Assembly (NCBI GenBank): GCA_024679065.1
Contig: JAGIQG010000012.1
Location: 49,600,001-49,664,000, forward strand
Origin: Sphyrna mokarran
Lineage: Eukaryota
Length of the DNA: 64,000 bases
Direction of reading: 5' to 3'
A program made the translations under genes and the position numbers. Shown piece by piece: positions 38,252 to 51,080 of the stretch. The notes beneath the pieces were generated by a model, which worked only from the letters and a program-made list of their open reading frames with translations, was not told the origin of the DNA and did no database searches. The first letter of the stretch is position 1. Each line of letters starts with the position of its first letter.

Positions 38252-38490
38252 TGCACTGAGGACCTTTTCTGCACTTCTACCTTGTGCCACGAACCTGGGT
38301 TTAATTCTCACCTTGGGTCACTGCCCATGTGTCACATTCTTCCGTATCTGCATGGGTTTCCTTCCACAGTCTGAACGATGTGCTGGCTAGATTCATTGGC
38401 CACGCTAAATTCTCCCTCTGTGCATCCCAATTTTTTGCAGAAGTGTGGTGACTAGGGGATTTTCACAGTAACTTCGTTGCGGTATTACAT
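38252..38490 (+). mobile_element. Degenerate V-SINE-like SINE (same subtype as 144-436)
   Basis: TTCATTGGCCACGCTAAATTCTCC...GTGTGGTGACTAGGGGATTTTCACAGTAACTTC. Confidence 0.7.
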
Positions 38491-38590
38491 CAAGCAAATA
38501 TTTTTATAATTTCTCTTCAGATGTTCATTGAATTTTCATTGTTTTCAGCCTTATTAAAAGAACTACTGCAAGGGTGATTGTATTCACTGA

Positions 38591-38905
<315 letters not shown>

Positions 38906-40020
38906 CCTGACCTGGCTGACTTTTTGTAGGTTGTTTTTAAAAATGACATTTTTCTCTCCCCTCGACGCTTGTGGAGCGTCTTTACAGTATGCTGGAACTG
39001 AGAACCTAAGAAAGACTGCGTTATCATTGATTGTGGAATGCTACAGTTGGTGGTCTGTGCAGGTTCATAGACAGCAACAAACAACTGGAAATGAAGGGAA
39101 GAATACGATAGTGGGGAAATGGCCTGGAAATCTACCAAGGAATGTCCTTTCAACTATCCAAAGGTTGCCAAAGCAGATTGGTCGCAGCGAGGGAACCCGA
39201 CACGCACTTAGCTGCAACTAATCTCCACTAAGCTATTAAAGAGAGAATTGTAAAGAGAAGCCCGATTTATTTTGTGTGTTCAGGTTCGGTTAATGCTGGT
39301 TATATTTTTTTAATGCGGGTTAGATAGAATTGAGGGAGTTAAATTTAAAATGGCCTCATCCATTACATGCCGGTTGAGGCTCATCGTGCAATAATTGATT
39401 TGCGTGTGGAGTACCAAACGGATGGAGCTGGGTGCATTTTCCTAATGTAAATAGACAGTAACATGCACCTACTCATAAACAGGGGCTGGGTGGGAAGGGG
39501 GAAGAAATCAATGAAAAACAATTTTTTTAGTTTAAATTCTGGTCTCAGTACCACATGTACTGCCACAATTTCTTTGGAAATATGTTGGAGCAGAATGTTA
39601 AAGAAAAATGTTATTTAATATTTTTCACACAATCTGTGTGTTACAGTTGTCTGTGTATAATTTTGTTTATAAAAAAGTTATGTATAACCATCTAGAGTAT
39701 ATTTCTGTTTTGTGTTGTCAAGTTTAGCAATTGCGTAAAGCACATTCCTTACAGTGACAGACACATCTAAACTGGACCTTTCTTGACTTGCTTCCTGTAA
39801 AATATAAAATCCAATGAAGCTAGTATCTAACAACTGTACACCATGCAACTTATTACAGAGCAAAGTTATACATTGCATAATCCCATTGAGATGAACCCTC
39901 CCTTCTGCCTGAAAATCCCACTTGTTCCATTTTAATATGGTATTGTATGGATTTATTTCTTGATGGGACTTGTGGGCATTTAATTTGCCAGTGAGGAATC
40001 CTGAGTAAGATCAATAATAA
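38906..40020 (+). other. DUSP10: Probable DUSP10 3'UTR (end uncertain)
   Basis: Repeat-free AU-rich sequence after the stop codon. miR-25/92 8-mer GTGCAATA at 39386-39393. Variant polyA hexamers ATTAAA (39235) and TATAAA (39803). Confidence 0.55.
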
Positions 40021-40094
40021 CATAAGCATTTAGAGTTCCAAATATACTTTTTGAAGTTAGGTTGAAAACTATGGGGGGGAGGGGGAGGTGGAGG

Positions 40095-40540
40095 ATCAGA
40101 AAGGGTCCAGAGGAGGTTCACAAGAATGATCCCTGGACTGAAGAGCTTGTCATATGAGGAATGGCTGAGGACTCTTGATCTGTACTCATTGAAGTTTAGA
40201 AGGATGGGGAGAGGGGTGGGGGGGTCTTATTGAAACTTTGAGGATACTGTGAGGCCTGGATAGAGAGAAATGGAGGGCACAACCTCAGACTAAAGGCGCA
40301 ACCCTTTAAAACAGAGATGCGGAGGAATTTCTTCAGTCAGAATCTAGAACTTCTTGCCACAGAAGGTTGTGGAGGCCAGGTTATTAAGCGTGTTTAAGAT
40401 ATAGGCCCTTGATTAATAGGGGAATATGGGGTTATGGGGAAAAGGCAGAAGAATGGGGGTGAGAAAATTACTAGCCACGATTGAATGGCACAGCAGGCTC
40501 GATGGGCCGAGTGGCCTAATTCTGCTCCTATGTCTTATGA
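40095..40540 (+). mobile_element. CR1 LINE 3' end
   Basis: Encodes an RVQRRFTRMIPGLKSLSYEEWLRTL-like RT C-terminus. Tail reads GATGGGCCGAGTGGCCTAATTCTGCTCCTATGTCTTATG. Confidence 0.85.
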
Positions 40541-41107
40541 TTTTTATGGATGGAATTTTCCCATTTTTACAGTAGAATGGTGCAGTGGGTGTGAAAATTG
40601 GCCTTGGCTTTCTCTGCATCGTGAAGGGGCTGGTCCCACAACATATTATTGGCGTGCTTTTGTCTGCTCCACCAGCAACATAGTTTTTTAATGAGGATGC
40701 CTGAAAAAAAAACAGCAGGGGTGGTGGGGGTCTAGATTATCAAGTGAAGAAATCTGATAGATGTAAATTTATCATGATGGGATTGAACATTGTTACGTCA
40801 CCAGCAAGGGTAGGGAATATCACATCATGCCTTTGTTGCAGAAGGCGGCCATTTGGCAAGTCTGCACTGATAACAAATGCAATTTGGGCCTTCCTTGGAA
40901 TTTTCTGCTCACGTTACTGATCCCTAAATGTAAATGGGAAATTCCTCTTTTCCCCCCACCGTATTACTGTGCTAGAATTTTCCACCCGCACCAAGTAGAG
41001 GGATTTTGGGATTGGGGTGGTGGAATGTGAGGGGTGAACTGTGAACTGTGATCTCTGATCTCAAACAATTGTTAAATTGGTTTACTTTGACCAGTATTTA
41101 AAAACTG

Positions 41108-41360
41108 GAAACAGGAGTAGATCATTCAGCCCTTAAAGCTTGCTCCACCATTTGTTTTGATCATGATTGATCATCGAATTCAGTATCCTGATTTCTCCCT
41201 TCACCCCACTGCCCTGCTCCCCCATATCCTTGATTCCCTTTAGCCCCAAGAGCTGTGGTAGTGAATTCCACACATTCATCACCCTTTGGGGGAGACATTC
41301 CTCCTCCCCTCAGTTCCAAAAATTTTGCCCTTTATCCTCTAGCTATAACCTTAATTCTCC
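41108..41360 (-). mobile_element. CR1 3' fragment
   Basis: ACAGGAGTAGATCATTCAGCCC...GAATTCCACACATTCATCACCCTTTG is an antisense CR1 tail. Confidence 0.65.
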
Positions 41361-44074
41361 TACTTGGATTTATTGGGCAAAACTTGCAGTTGCGCGAGTT
41401 CGTTTTACGACCAAGTTCGAGTGGAAGCTGTCCTGCAGAAACACAAAATTATTGGGAAAAGAATTTTGATTGGAGCATTGAATTTGAAGTCTTGAGTTTG
41501 AATTCAAAATGCACAAACAAAATAATGCCAGAAAGAAAAATAATTTTAATGAGAATAGAGATAGGAATTTAAGCTAAAATATAGAAAATCAGGGATTGAT
41601 TCTGAAAGCAGTATTCCACTTTGTAATTAAAAGGTAGATCTAGCATGAGCTTGGCCAATTGTCCCATAGAAGCGCAAGATTTGGGTTGCAACATTAGAGA
41701 AATTTGTCCCCAGCACTCATACAAAATGGGGCCATTTCCACGTTCCATTCACTTTTCATTTCCTCCTCTTGTGTCAATGGTTGGTTTGTAACCAATTTTG
41801 TCAAACTGTCACAAATGGTTTTCACTTTCTGAGATTTCTGATTGTACCTATTGTTGTAGAGAATGATCTCCCTCCTCTTCCAGAGAGCAGAATTTCCACC
41901 ATCATGTTGCTGAGAGGGTAGTGGAAATTTTAATGGAAACAGCAACAACTTACTAACTTCATGTTATAAAGGAAAAATGTCTCCAACTTTCTTTCTAGAG
42001 ACAAAATTGGAATAACTGACACTCCATCAAAGAAGGATTTGTTAAGAGTGAAAGCTTGGTGGAGGAAGTGTGTTTGAAGGACCCTTTTGAGAGGTCAGGA
42101 GAAAGAATTCCTGATCATTGTCCTTTCATCCTCATCTTCCATCTCCCACCCTCTTCCCCTAACCCACCATTCAGCCGTGACAGCCCATCATTGGCTAGCA
42201 ATGGGGTCTTCCAGTTCTGTTAATGTCTATGGGCCATTGTGCATCCACAACATCAGCCACCAAAGAATGTGCTATGGCTGGTCGCTATTGGCAGGACTGG
42301 AAGATCCCACCAACGAAAAGGACTAGAAAACATTCGGCCGTGTGTGTAGATGACTGAAGATGTGGTGATTAATGGAGGACTAATAAAGAAAGGGTGGCAT
42401 AAGAGGCTAGAGAAAGAGAGGGCTAAGGGTCATAGTGTTAAGAAGCTTACAGCCATAGAGAAGGGCAAGACCGTGAAGCAATTGAAAGATGCCAATGAAT
42501 ATTTAAAAGCCAAGGGACTGAATTTTTGTTTTGTGGTAGGAAATTGACATTCTTACCAAGTGTGTTGGATGCCAATTGTGCATGCTGTTGGCATGACACA
42601 TTCAACATGAATTTTGTCAGAATTCCCAATTAATGGCCAGAGAATGTGCTTGCTATCCAACTAAGGATGGTGGGCTAGATTCCAACATTTGTGATGAAGG
42701 GTGCCTACTAGGAACTTTGGAAGTAACAATGGCCACAGTTACCAGACCAAACTTAGTGGAGGGAAGATCTTTCATAAAGTAGCCTACAGTCTCAGCTGTA
42801 GCCATCCTCTTTATTTGCAATGGGGGAAGGGCAGAGAGTTTTAAAGAGCTTCAGTGGAGTTGATCCCTGACTTCCTGCCAGGCTGCTTTCTCACGAGGTA
42901 GTTTTGATGACATTTTTGGAGCAAGGGGCTCTTCAGAGTTTTGCCCCATGAATCACTGGGTGGAACTTTCTCAAAAAAATGACTGGGTGAGAAAACCAGT
43001 CATGCCGGTCATTGCGATCTTCCCACACTTAGTATTTCTTTGGAAGAGGGGTGTGTTTTGCTAGTAACTAGTAACCTCAACTTAACAGGGATTAGTGACT
43101 TCTTTAAAAGCTTCCCAATGTAAAACTGAAATTGAAGACCTCCACTCCCATCAGGACCACCCCTTCCCTCGTTTAAGACATGTTTCCCCAGCCACCTTCC
43201 CAGCGTAGATCGCCAGCATTGGGGCCTTTCCAGTGGGTCCCACTCCATGACTCCCCCCTCATACTCTACTCATTCATGTCACCCTTCATGTTCATCTTCC
43301 TCATGACCCCCTTCATTGCCTGCTTCCTTTATGCTCCAACGCCTTCATGGCCTCACCCCTCCTTGACATTGCTCTGGTACCCTGCCAGCACCAGGTTAAT
43401 ACTGTCAGGTTGGCACTGCCAGGTGGATATTGCCCAGTCATGGCCTCTGAGTCTCCCAGTGTGGCCACTATACTGGGTCTCTGTTTCTTGAGATTCTTAC
43501 TTGGTTCCCACTGTCCCAGGAGCAGAGAGATTCTAGCTTTAAATCAATTAAACATATTTTAAGAAGTTATTTAAATATGCTAATCTGGTTGCCTGTCTTG
43601 TGGCCCATACCCCGTGAATCTTCCACCTTGCGCTGTCCAGCATGATCTGAGCCGGGCGCAACAAGGCTGGAAAATTATCCATATTGTAATTGGTGAACAG
43701 GACTTGGAGCAGGATTAAATAGAAGCAGAAAAATCTTGGATGAGCCTAAGTTGGTTAGTCACAGCCATCAGAGCAGCAGAATACTGAATATGGAGGTGAC
43801 AAACATTGAGGTTCCACTGGCTCTTCTGCCAGATTTACAGAGAAACAGAAATTCCCATGTTTCCGCATGTAGTTTAAATTCCAACACAATTGCAGTGAAA
43901 CCATCGCCTTGACTACAATCGGTCATAGCTCTGACTTTAGGCTGGCCCTTTATCGTAGGCATGCCTCCCATTTCATCCTTGCTCTAAACTGCATTTCTTT
44001 TTCCAACCACCTCAGTAAGGAAAGGCACTGATCACCTATTCTTTATCCAAAGTTATTTCCTTTTGCTATCCCTA

Positions 44075-44405
44075 AGTTCACAAGATATAAGAGCAGAATT
44101 AGGCCATTTGGCACATCAAGTCGGCTCTGCCATTCAATCATGATTGAGATGCTCCTTTTCCCCATTTTCCTGCTTTCTTCCCATAACCATTCAATCCATT
44201 GCCAATTAAAAATCTAACTCCTCCTTAAATTTATCACCATCCCAGCATCCACCCCAACTTTAGGGTAGCGAATTCCACAGATTCACAACCCTTTGGAAGA
44301 AGTAGTTTCTCCTCAACTCTTAAATTTGCTACCCCTTATCATAAGACTATGACCTTTCTTCCTAGAATGCCCCACTAGAGGAAGCATCCGTTCCACATTT
44401 ATCTA
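44075..44405 (-). mobile_element. CR1 3' fragment
   Basis: ATAAGAGCAGAATTAGGCCATTTGGC...GAATTCCACAGATTCACAACCCTTTGGAAGAAG. Confidence 0.75.
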
Positions 44406-44869
44406 TCACTGATCCTACAATTGGTTAGGAGAAGGGTGGTAGACTTACTGAGGTACTGGCAGAAGGCTTTCTAATGTCCCTGTTCACACCGAAAGCTCAT
44501 TAGCAGAAATGCTCTATTAAGACCTAAACTCTTACCATTGTTAGATCTCAGTGTCGGCCTCCACTTCTCGCAGTGCTACATAGTAGGCCTGCTGCCTAAC
44601 AGTTTGCATTTTCCTTTGCTGACAGCAGCAGGCTCCTTCCAGCTGGCAAGGACCCAGCCAGCAATCTGCCTGCAAACATAAATAGCTGCATCCCAGAAAG
44701 ATGGCAAGGTCAAGGTAGCTGGTGGAAGTCCTACCTAGCTTTGTTCTGGCAAGAAGAAGACTAGCCTGCCTAGCTGATCGAACACTGATTAAAATCTGTG
44801 AATGAACTGGAAGTGAGATAATGGCTGATTTCTTTATTGGCCAATACCAATGCTCCAGTTATATAAAAG

Positions 44870-45015
44870 ATTTGATTTGATTTATTATTGTCACATGTAT
44901 TGGTATTCAGTGGAAGTTTTATTTTCTTGTGTGCCATCCAAGCAAAACATACCATTCATAAAGTATATAACGGAGAAGGAGAGGGTGCAGAATGTAGTGT
45001 TACAGTCACAGCTAA
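44870..45015 (-). mobile_element. Rex1/Babar-like LINE 3' end
   Basis: GATTTGATTTGATTTATTATTGTCACATGTATT..., the same family as the 20.1 and 25.7 kb copies. Confidence 0.7.
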
Positions 45016-45860
45016 GATGTCTACAAGTGATTGAAATTGAGCATCGTTAGAGAGTTTATAAGAATTTGAGTACAGTTTTAAAAGCATTGAACAATTATAA
45101 AAGGTGGACTTGGAGGATATGCTGGTGACACCTCACAAGAAGTTATAACTTTCCAGCACGATCTTGAACGGAGTTGCTTTTGGCTGTTTTTCTTTCAGAA
45201 ACAATAGTTGATGCACAAAATAACAGAGTAATCAAATGTCACCTTGTTTTTACTAACTACAAAATCTTTCTTAATAACTAGAAAAGGAATAGATACATAC
45301 CACATACTGTTAGCGGACTCACTTTCTCCTGATCATCACTGGCTCTGGGCTAGAAGTGGTTTGTATCTGCTGTCTGCACCAAACATCTTCGTCAGATCGA
45401 GTCGACTACACTTGCATCCTTTTATTAAATCTTTTTTCTTGTCTTCCAACCTGTGAATTCACTTTATTTCAGAACACCTTAAACATAACTCATTCGCAAA
45501 TTGTTTCTCTGAAGAAGAAATTATCTTAATATTTAATATGCTTTTCAAATAACTAATTCATTTTTTAAATTTTTATGAATTCTTCTTCAACATTTTGAGA
45601 CAAGAACTTCACACTATAATTGCAACATTTTTAAATCTTTTCCATACTATCCATTTAATTACTTTTATAATCCTAAAGATATGGCCTCTGAAAATCACAG
45701 AATTAAACACTACAAAATCATTTGGTTCATTATTTGCTGTGCCAGCCTTTTATTAAAGCAATTCAAAATTAATCCCACTGCCTGTTCTCTTTATAGGCCC
45801 TTTATTGGCATATTTCCAACCAAGGAAAATAATCTCAGTATTTATTCAAATCATTTGGAA

Positions 45861-46166
45861 TTATAGAATCCTAAAGTGCAGGAGGAGGCCATTTGGCCCA
45901 TCGAGTCTGCACCAACCATAGTTCCATCCAGGCTCTATCCCCATAACCTCATGCATTTACCCTGGCTAATCCTGCTGATACTAAGGAGCAATTTAGGTTG
46001 GCCAATCCACCTGACCCACACATTTTTGGACTGTGCAAAGAAACTGGAGCATCTGGAAAAAATCCATGTAGACACAGGGAGAACATGCAAACTCCACACA
46101 GACCCATGGTGGAAATAAAACCCTGGGTCCCCAGTGCTGTGAGGCAGCAATGCTAACCACTGTGCT
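45861..46166 (-). mobile_element. HE1/V-SINE-like SINE
   Basis: GGAGAACATGCAAACTCCACACAGAC...GTGCTGTGAGGCAGCAATGCTAACCACTG. Confidence 0.85.
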
Positions 46167-47502
46167 AAGGGGCTGCCCTTGAAGGCTTTAATCAGTTCAC
46201 TTCTCTTCAAGGAAGTCCTATCTAATCCTAATTCAAGCCATTTATCCTTGAATCTTAAAGTGCAACCTTTACATGGTCTTTATATTTGTTTCCTTCTGTG
46301 TGCACAAAGCAGTTAGAAGCTACTATACCTCACTGTAAAATGGGCCTGTGGACTTTCTACTGAATTGGTGGTCCATCTAATGGGATTGTACTCTGATTCT
46401 GTACATTGCGTTTGTGATCATATTTCATGGATTTGTGCTTTATCTTCCTCTGTAAAAGCAGTCTGTGACGTGCCTTAATGGGAACATGATCAGTATCACC
46501 AAGGGTTGAAATTCATTTGGGTGGTGGTGCAAATTAGGCATAGGTAAATTGGTGATCTGTTTTAAAACCTATTTGGTTTTTGTTTCCATGGTCAAAAGAC
46601 TTTGTGGAGTCAGAGCCACTTGCTGCAGAATACCCAGTTTCTGACCAGCTGTAGTAGCCACGGCATTTATTTGACTAATGCAGTTCAGTGTTTGGACAAT
46701 GGCGACCTCCAGGATGATGACAATGGAGGCCTCAGTGAAAGGAATCCTATTGAATGTCAGGTGGAAATGATTGAACTCACTTGTTGGAGATGGTCATTGC
46801 CTGATCCTTGCATGGCTTGACTGTTACTTATCACCGACCAGCTCAAGTCTTAATGTTGTTTATCTTATTGCATGCAGCTTGGATTGTTTCATTTTCTGAG
46901 GGTAGTTGAATGCAGCTGAACGCTGCAATCGTCAGCAACCAGCCCCATTTCTGACTCTGTGAGAGAGGGAAAGTCATTAGTGACGAAACCAGATATGATC
47001 ACATCGAGGATGCTGCTCTGAGGAATTCCTGCAACAATATCCTGAGGCTGAAATCATTAGTCTCCTACAGCCACAAACATTATCCTTTGTGTCAGGTATG
47101 ACTCAAGATGGTATTATAATGTCATGAGGTTGACCCAGTTTGATGCAATACACTGCTTACTTCCCACTACTTAACAGCAGTGAATGGATCATTAATTGTT
47201 TGTCAATTGATATGAGATGTCTTGAGTAGTGTGATAAATGTGGAAGACATATTCTTGCTTTATGAATCATCAAATCAAAACCCTTTCCCTCTTTCTACAC
47301 TTAACTCAGTTCTTTACCACAATCTGAAAACAGTGTTGTAAGTACAGCAAAATTATAAACCCTGCTACAGGAATCATCTCATTTCCACTGCATTCTACTA
47401 TTGTGCTTTGGTCACTTTAAGTCATTTAAGTCAGCTTTTCAACATTGCTTTACATTTGTTTTCACCAACTGAATTAACTGTCAAGTTAAGCCTGATCTGA
47501 AG

Positions 47503-47838
47503 ATAGAAATCATAGAATCTTTGAATCCCCATATTGCAGAAGGAGGCCATTCAGTCCATTGAGTCTGCACTGACAACAATCTTATCTAGGCCCTTTCCCC
47601 ATAACCCCACAAATTTACCCTGCTAATCCCTCTAACCTATGCATTTTGGGATATTTCAGGGCAATTGCATCTAACCTGCACATGTTTAGACTGTGGGTGG
47701 AAACCAGAGCACCCAGAGGAAACCCACACAGACAGGGGAAAACATGCAAACTCCACAACAAACAGTGATCCAATCTGGGAATCAAACCCAGGTCCATGGA
47801 GCTATGAAGCAGCAGTGCTAACCATTGTGTCACCGTGC
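47503..47838 (-). mobile_element. HE1/V-SINE-like SINE
   Basis: AAACCAGAGCACCCAGAGGAAACCCAC...GCAGCAGTGCTAACCATTGTGTCACCGTG. Confidence 0.85.
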
Positions 47839-48364
47839 TACCCAGATGTCGAAGTTGAAGGGGTAGCTATGAGAGTAGCAGGGGAGTTCACAATGAGGGA
47901 GACATTTGGGCTTAAATACAGAATTGTGGTAAATTCAGACAAAAAGAAATCAAGAGAAGCTGAGATGAGGACTGACATCACAGAATAAAGAATCATGTAG
48001 AGCAGAGGTTGAAGGAGGCTTTGAGAGGGAATACCTTGGTCATAAAATCAGAGTGGATTTGACAAGGATTCTCAAAGACAGGTGAGGGAAACATAATCAG
48101 GTGCTTGAAGTAGGAAAAAGTGACAGATGAGTCGGGGGGAGTGATCAAGATGAGATTTGATAATAAGAAGCATGCTGCCAGCACTCACAGGGAAGTTGGC
48201 GCAAAGTATAACCGTATGAGGAGACTCAGATAAGGGCAAGGGATTGCCACCTGTAAGTCATGCTTCAGTCAAACTACATTCAGATTTCTGCTATTGTCTG
48301 TCTCATGCTGACTGTTAAAGATATACTTCGGAGCATGGACTTATTATAACATTTTATATAACTT

Positions 48365-49352
48365 AATTCTTTCATGGGATGTGCGCATTGCTGGCAAGGC
48401 CAACATTTGTTACCCATCCCTTATAATTCGATTCTGACTACTTCTTAACTCCTATAGTTATGTTTCCCTATCTGGAACGTAACAAAAATAGAACAACATT
48501 TTAAAATGAATATCACATAAAAATTCAAGATGTTGTAATCTTGTCTGTGGGCATTCTGCTGATGAAATTCTCTCACGGATATTTTGAATAACTTGTTCTT
48601 CTCAATGGGCAGCAGATTTGGTTGATCTGCGTGGCTTCATATTTCAGAGATTACATTTGTTCTACAGGCTGAACTGGAGGATTGCCCTTGAACTGTTTGG
48701 CTTTGTAAAGCCATTTCAGAAGTAAATAAGAGCCAAACTCATTGCTAATGGTCTGGCATCACATGTAAGTCAAACCAGATGAACATAGAATTCCTACAGT
48801 GCCGAAGGAGGTCATTCGGCCCATCAAATCCTCACCAACTCTCTGAGAGAATATTTTATACCTGCCTTCTCTCTCACCCTATCCCCATAACCCCACATAT
48901 TTACCATGGTTAAGTCATCTAACCTTTACAGCTATGGATATTAACTGGCTTTTTTTTTACCACGGTCATTCCACATAAGTTGCTCATCTTTGGATCGTGG
49001 GAGAAAACCAGAGCATCTAGAGGAAATTCATGCAGACAGAGGTAGAATGTGCAGATTCCACACAGATTGTTACCCAAGGCTGGAATTGAATCTGGCTCGC
49101 TGGCACTATGAGACAGCAATGCTAACCACTGCATGGCAGAGGCAGATTTGCATAGCAGATTTCTTTCCCTAAAGGACATTAGGTTCTGGAAGGGATTTTA
49201 CAGCCATTGACAATAGTTGCATGGTAGCCATTGTGAGATTAATTTTCAATTGCAGATTTATTAACTGAATTTAAACTCTACTCACTGCTGGGATTGGGTT
49301 TGAACCCATGTCCCTATGGGTTTCTGGCATTACCACTAAACCACCATCTCCT
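48365..49352 (-). mobile_element. DeuSINE/SacSINE1-like SINE interrupted twice (templated insertion 48421-48683; HE1-like SINE 48781-49132)
   Basis: Host pieces ...CCCATCCC | ATTGCCCTTGAAC...CAAACCAG | GCAGATTTCTTTCCCTAAAGGACATT are collinear with the 25.6 kb copy. Confidence 0.75.
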
Positions 49353-50390
49353 CATACAGGAGACAGTCCAGCAATAGTCATAGTCCTGGGTACATTGTTG
49401 TTGAGTCAAGTGCTGCTGCTTACAATTGACATATTGCTCACATATTAAAAGTCCCATGCTAATTTTTTTGCATCCACACATTACAGTTCACCTGCTAATT
49501 CCTCTTTGCCCATAGGAAAATACCTGGCCCAGACCCAGTGACATGACTGTGGTCGGAAAAATCTTGTGTGTGACAAAGTGCAGAAGTATCTGCAAGTCTT
49601 CCTGTTGCTTTTAATAAACAATGCATGGGATCAACAGCATGCAGTACAACTCTCATCACAACAAATGAGTGGCTTGTTGTTTCATGCGTGGTTTTTTTTT
49701 TGTCGTTTTTAAGGAGTGGTGAAATCATTCATTTGAATTTATATCTGGCATTGATGTAACAGGGGAAGAAGGTTTAAAATTACAACCGAGTTTTTGGCTT
49801 GATAAAAGTGACCCAGAACTGATTTGATTGTGTGCTGTCAGGCCATATAAAGTCAGCACGTCTGTCTCTTGTCCACCGAGGCTCAGGAAAAGAAGTCTGT
49901 GTTTCCAAATACGTCGAAAAACAAATCCAAGGCTGAATGCAGAGCTGCTGAGATCAGGGCTATTCTTGCACAGACGAGTATGCACTGCTGATAGCAGAGG
50001 ATTAATATGACGGACTGCTCATCGGTTGCAATTAGAAACTGTTCCGAAACTATTTTGGTGCTGTTTACAAGCAAAGAACTTGACCTGTTTATCAGACAAG
50101 CCGTGAAGCGGTCAATGATAATCTAGATGCTGCAACGAAGATCCTATCCTCCATTTCAGCCTGTAGAACAAATGTAATCTCTGAAATATGAAGCGACACA
50201 GATCAACCAAATCTGCTGCCCATTGAGAAGAACAAGTTATTCAAAATATCCGTGAGAGAATTTCATCAGCAGAATGCCCACAGACAAGATTACAACTTGA
50301 ATTTTTATATGGTATTCATTTTAAAATGTTGTTCTATTTTTATCATATTCCAGATAACATAACCACAGGAATAAAGAATCGAATACATAA
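48421..50390. repeat. ~250-bp inverted repeat pair (48421-48683 and 50146-50390)
   Basis: The ~185-bp core differs by 4 substitutions and one 3-bp indel (compared by eye). The outer ~60 bp are more diverged. Confidence 0.95.
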
Positions 50391-50778
50391 TTTTATTGGA
50401 AATAATTTATTGTTCCTCGCACTATATTTTTACCGATTAAATATCACATTGAAAAGAGTTACCTATGGTGAAAGAAAGCAAGCATATTACTTAAATATTA
50501 TTGCATTCATGTGCTATAAGACAAATGAATGAACTAAATGTAACATAGATTTACTGAAGTTCCTTATTGCCATGTCCTGTCCTCTTCCCTCAATCTCATA
50601 AAAGCATCATTTGGCTCACATCAACAATTTTTATAGGACAGAAATTTTTGAATGGTTTGGATGTCAGTGATGAGGAATGCAGATCAGATAGTAATAATGG
50701 GCAAGATTTTGCACGACAGTCAATGAATTGACACTGGCAGGCGTGAAAGAAGTTGGGCATCTGGCACGGGAAGGATAC

Positions 50779-50981
50779 GATGTAAAGATGCCGGCGTTGG
50801 ATTGGGGTGGTAAGAACTCAGTAAGAATTTAGCAACACCAATTATTAATCCAACCGATTTATTTGATAGTAAAAAAGCGAGCTTTCAACACTCCCGTGTC
50901 TTCCTCAGGCAAGTGCAGTGTTCTGAACTTACTATCAAATAAATCGGTTGGATTAATAATTGGTGTTGCTAAATTCTTACA
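50779..50981 (-). mobile_element. Short Penelope-like fold-back element with perfect 52-bp inverted arms and 10-bp TSD
   Basis: Arms 50821-50872 and 50929-50980 are exact reverse complements. GGAAGGATAC occurs at 50769-50778 and 50982-50991. Confidence 0.9.
50877..50910 (-). ncRNA. Minimal type I hammerhead ribozyme motif
   Basis: Minus strand reads GC-CTGAGGA-A-GACAC-GGGA-GTGTT-GAA-AGCT-C-GC. It has an intact CUGANGA and GAAA core, a 5-bp stem II with a GNRA loop, a palindromic AGCT stem III, a UC cleavage site and a short stem I. Confidence 0.75.
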
Positions 50982-51080
50982 GGAAGGATACAGCAGCTTG
51001 AGCGCAGCCACCTGGCAGCAAGCTCATGAGGTAGGCCATTGGATTGAGTGGCAGGGGTGGCTGGCATCAGAAAACTCTTC

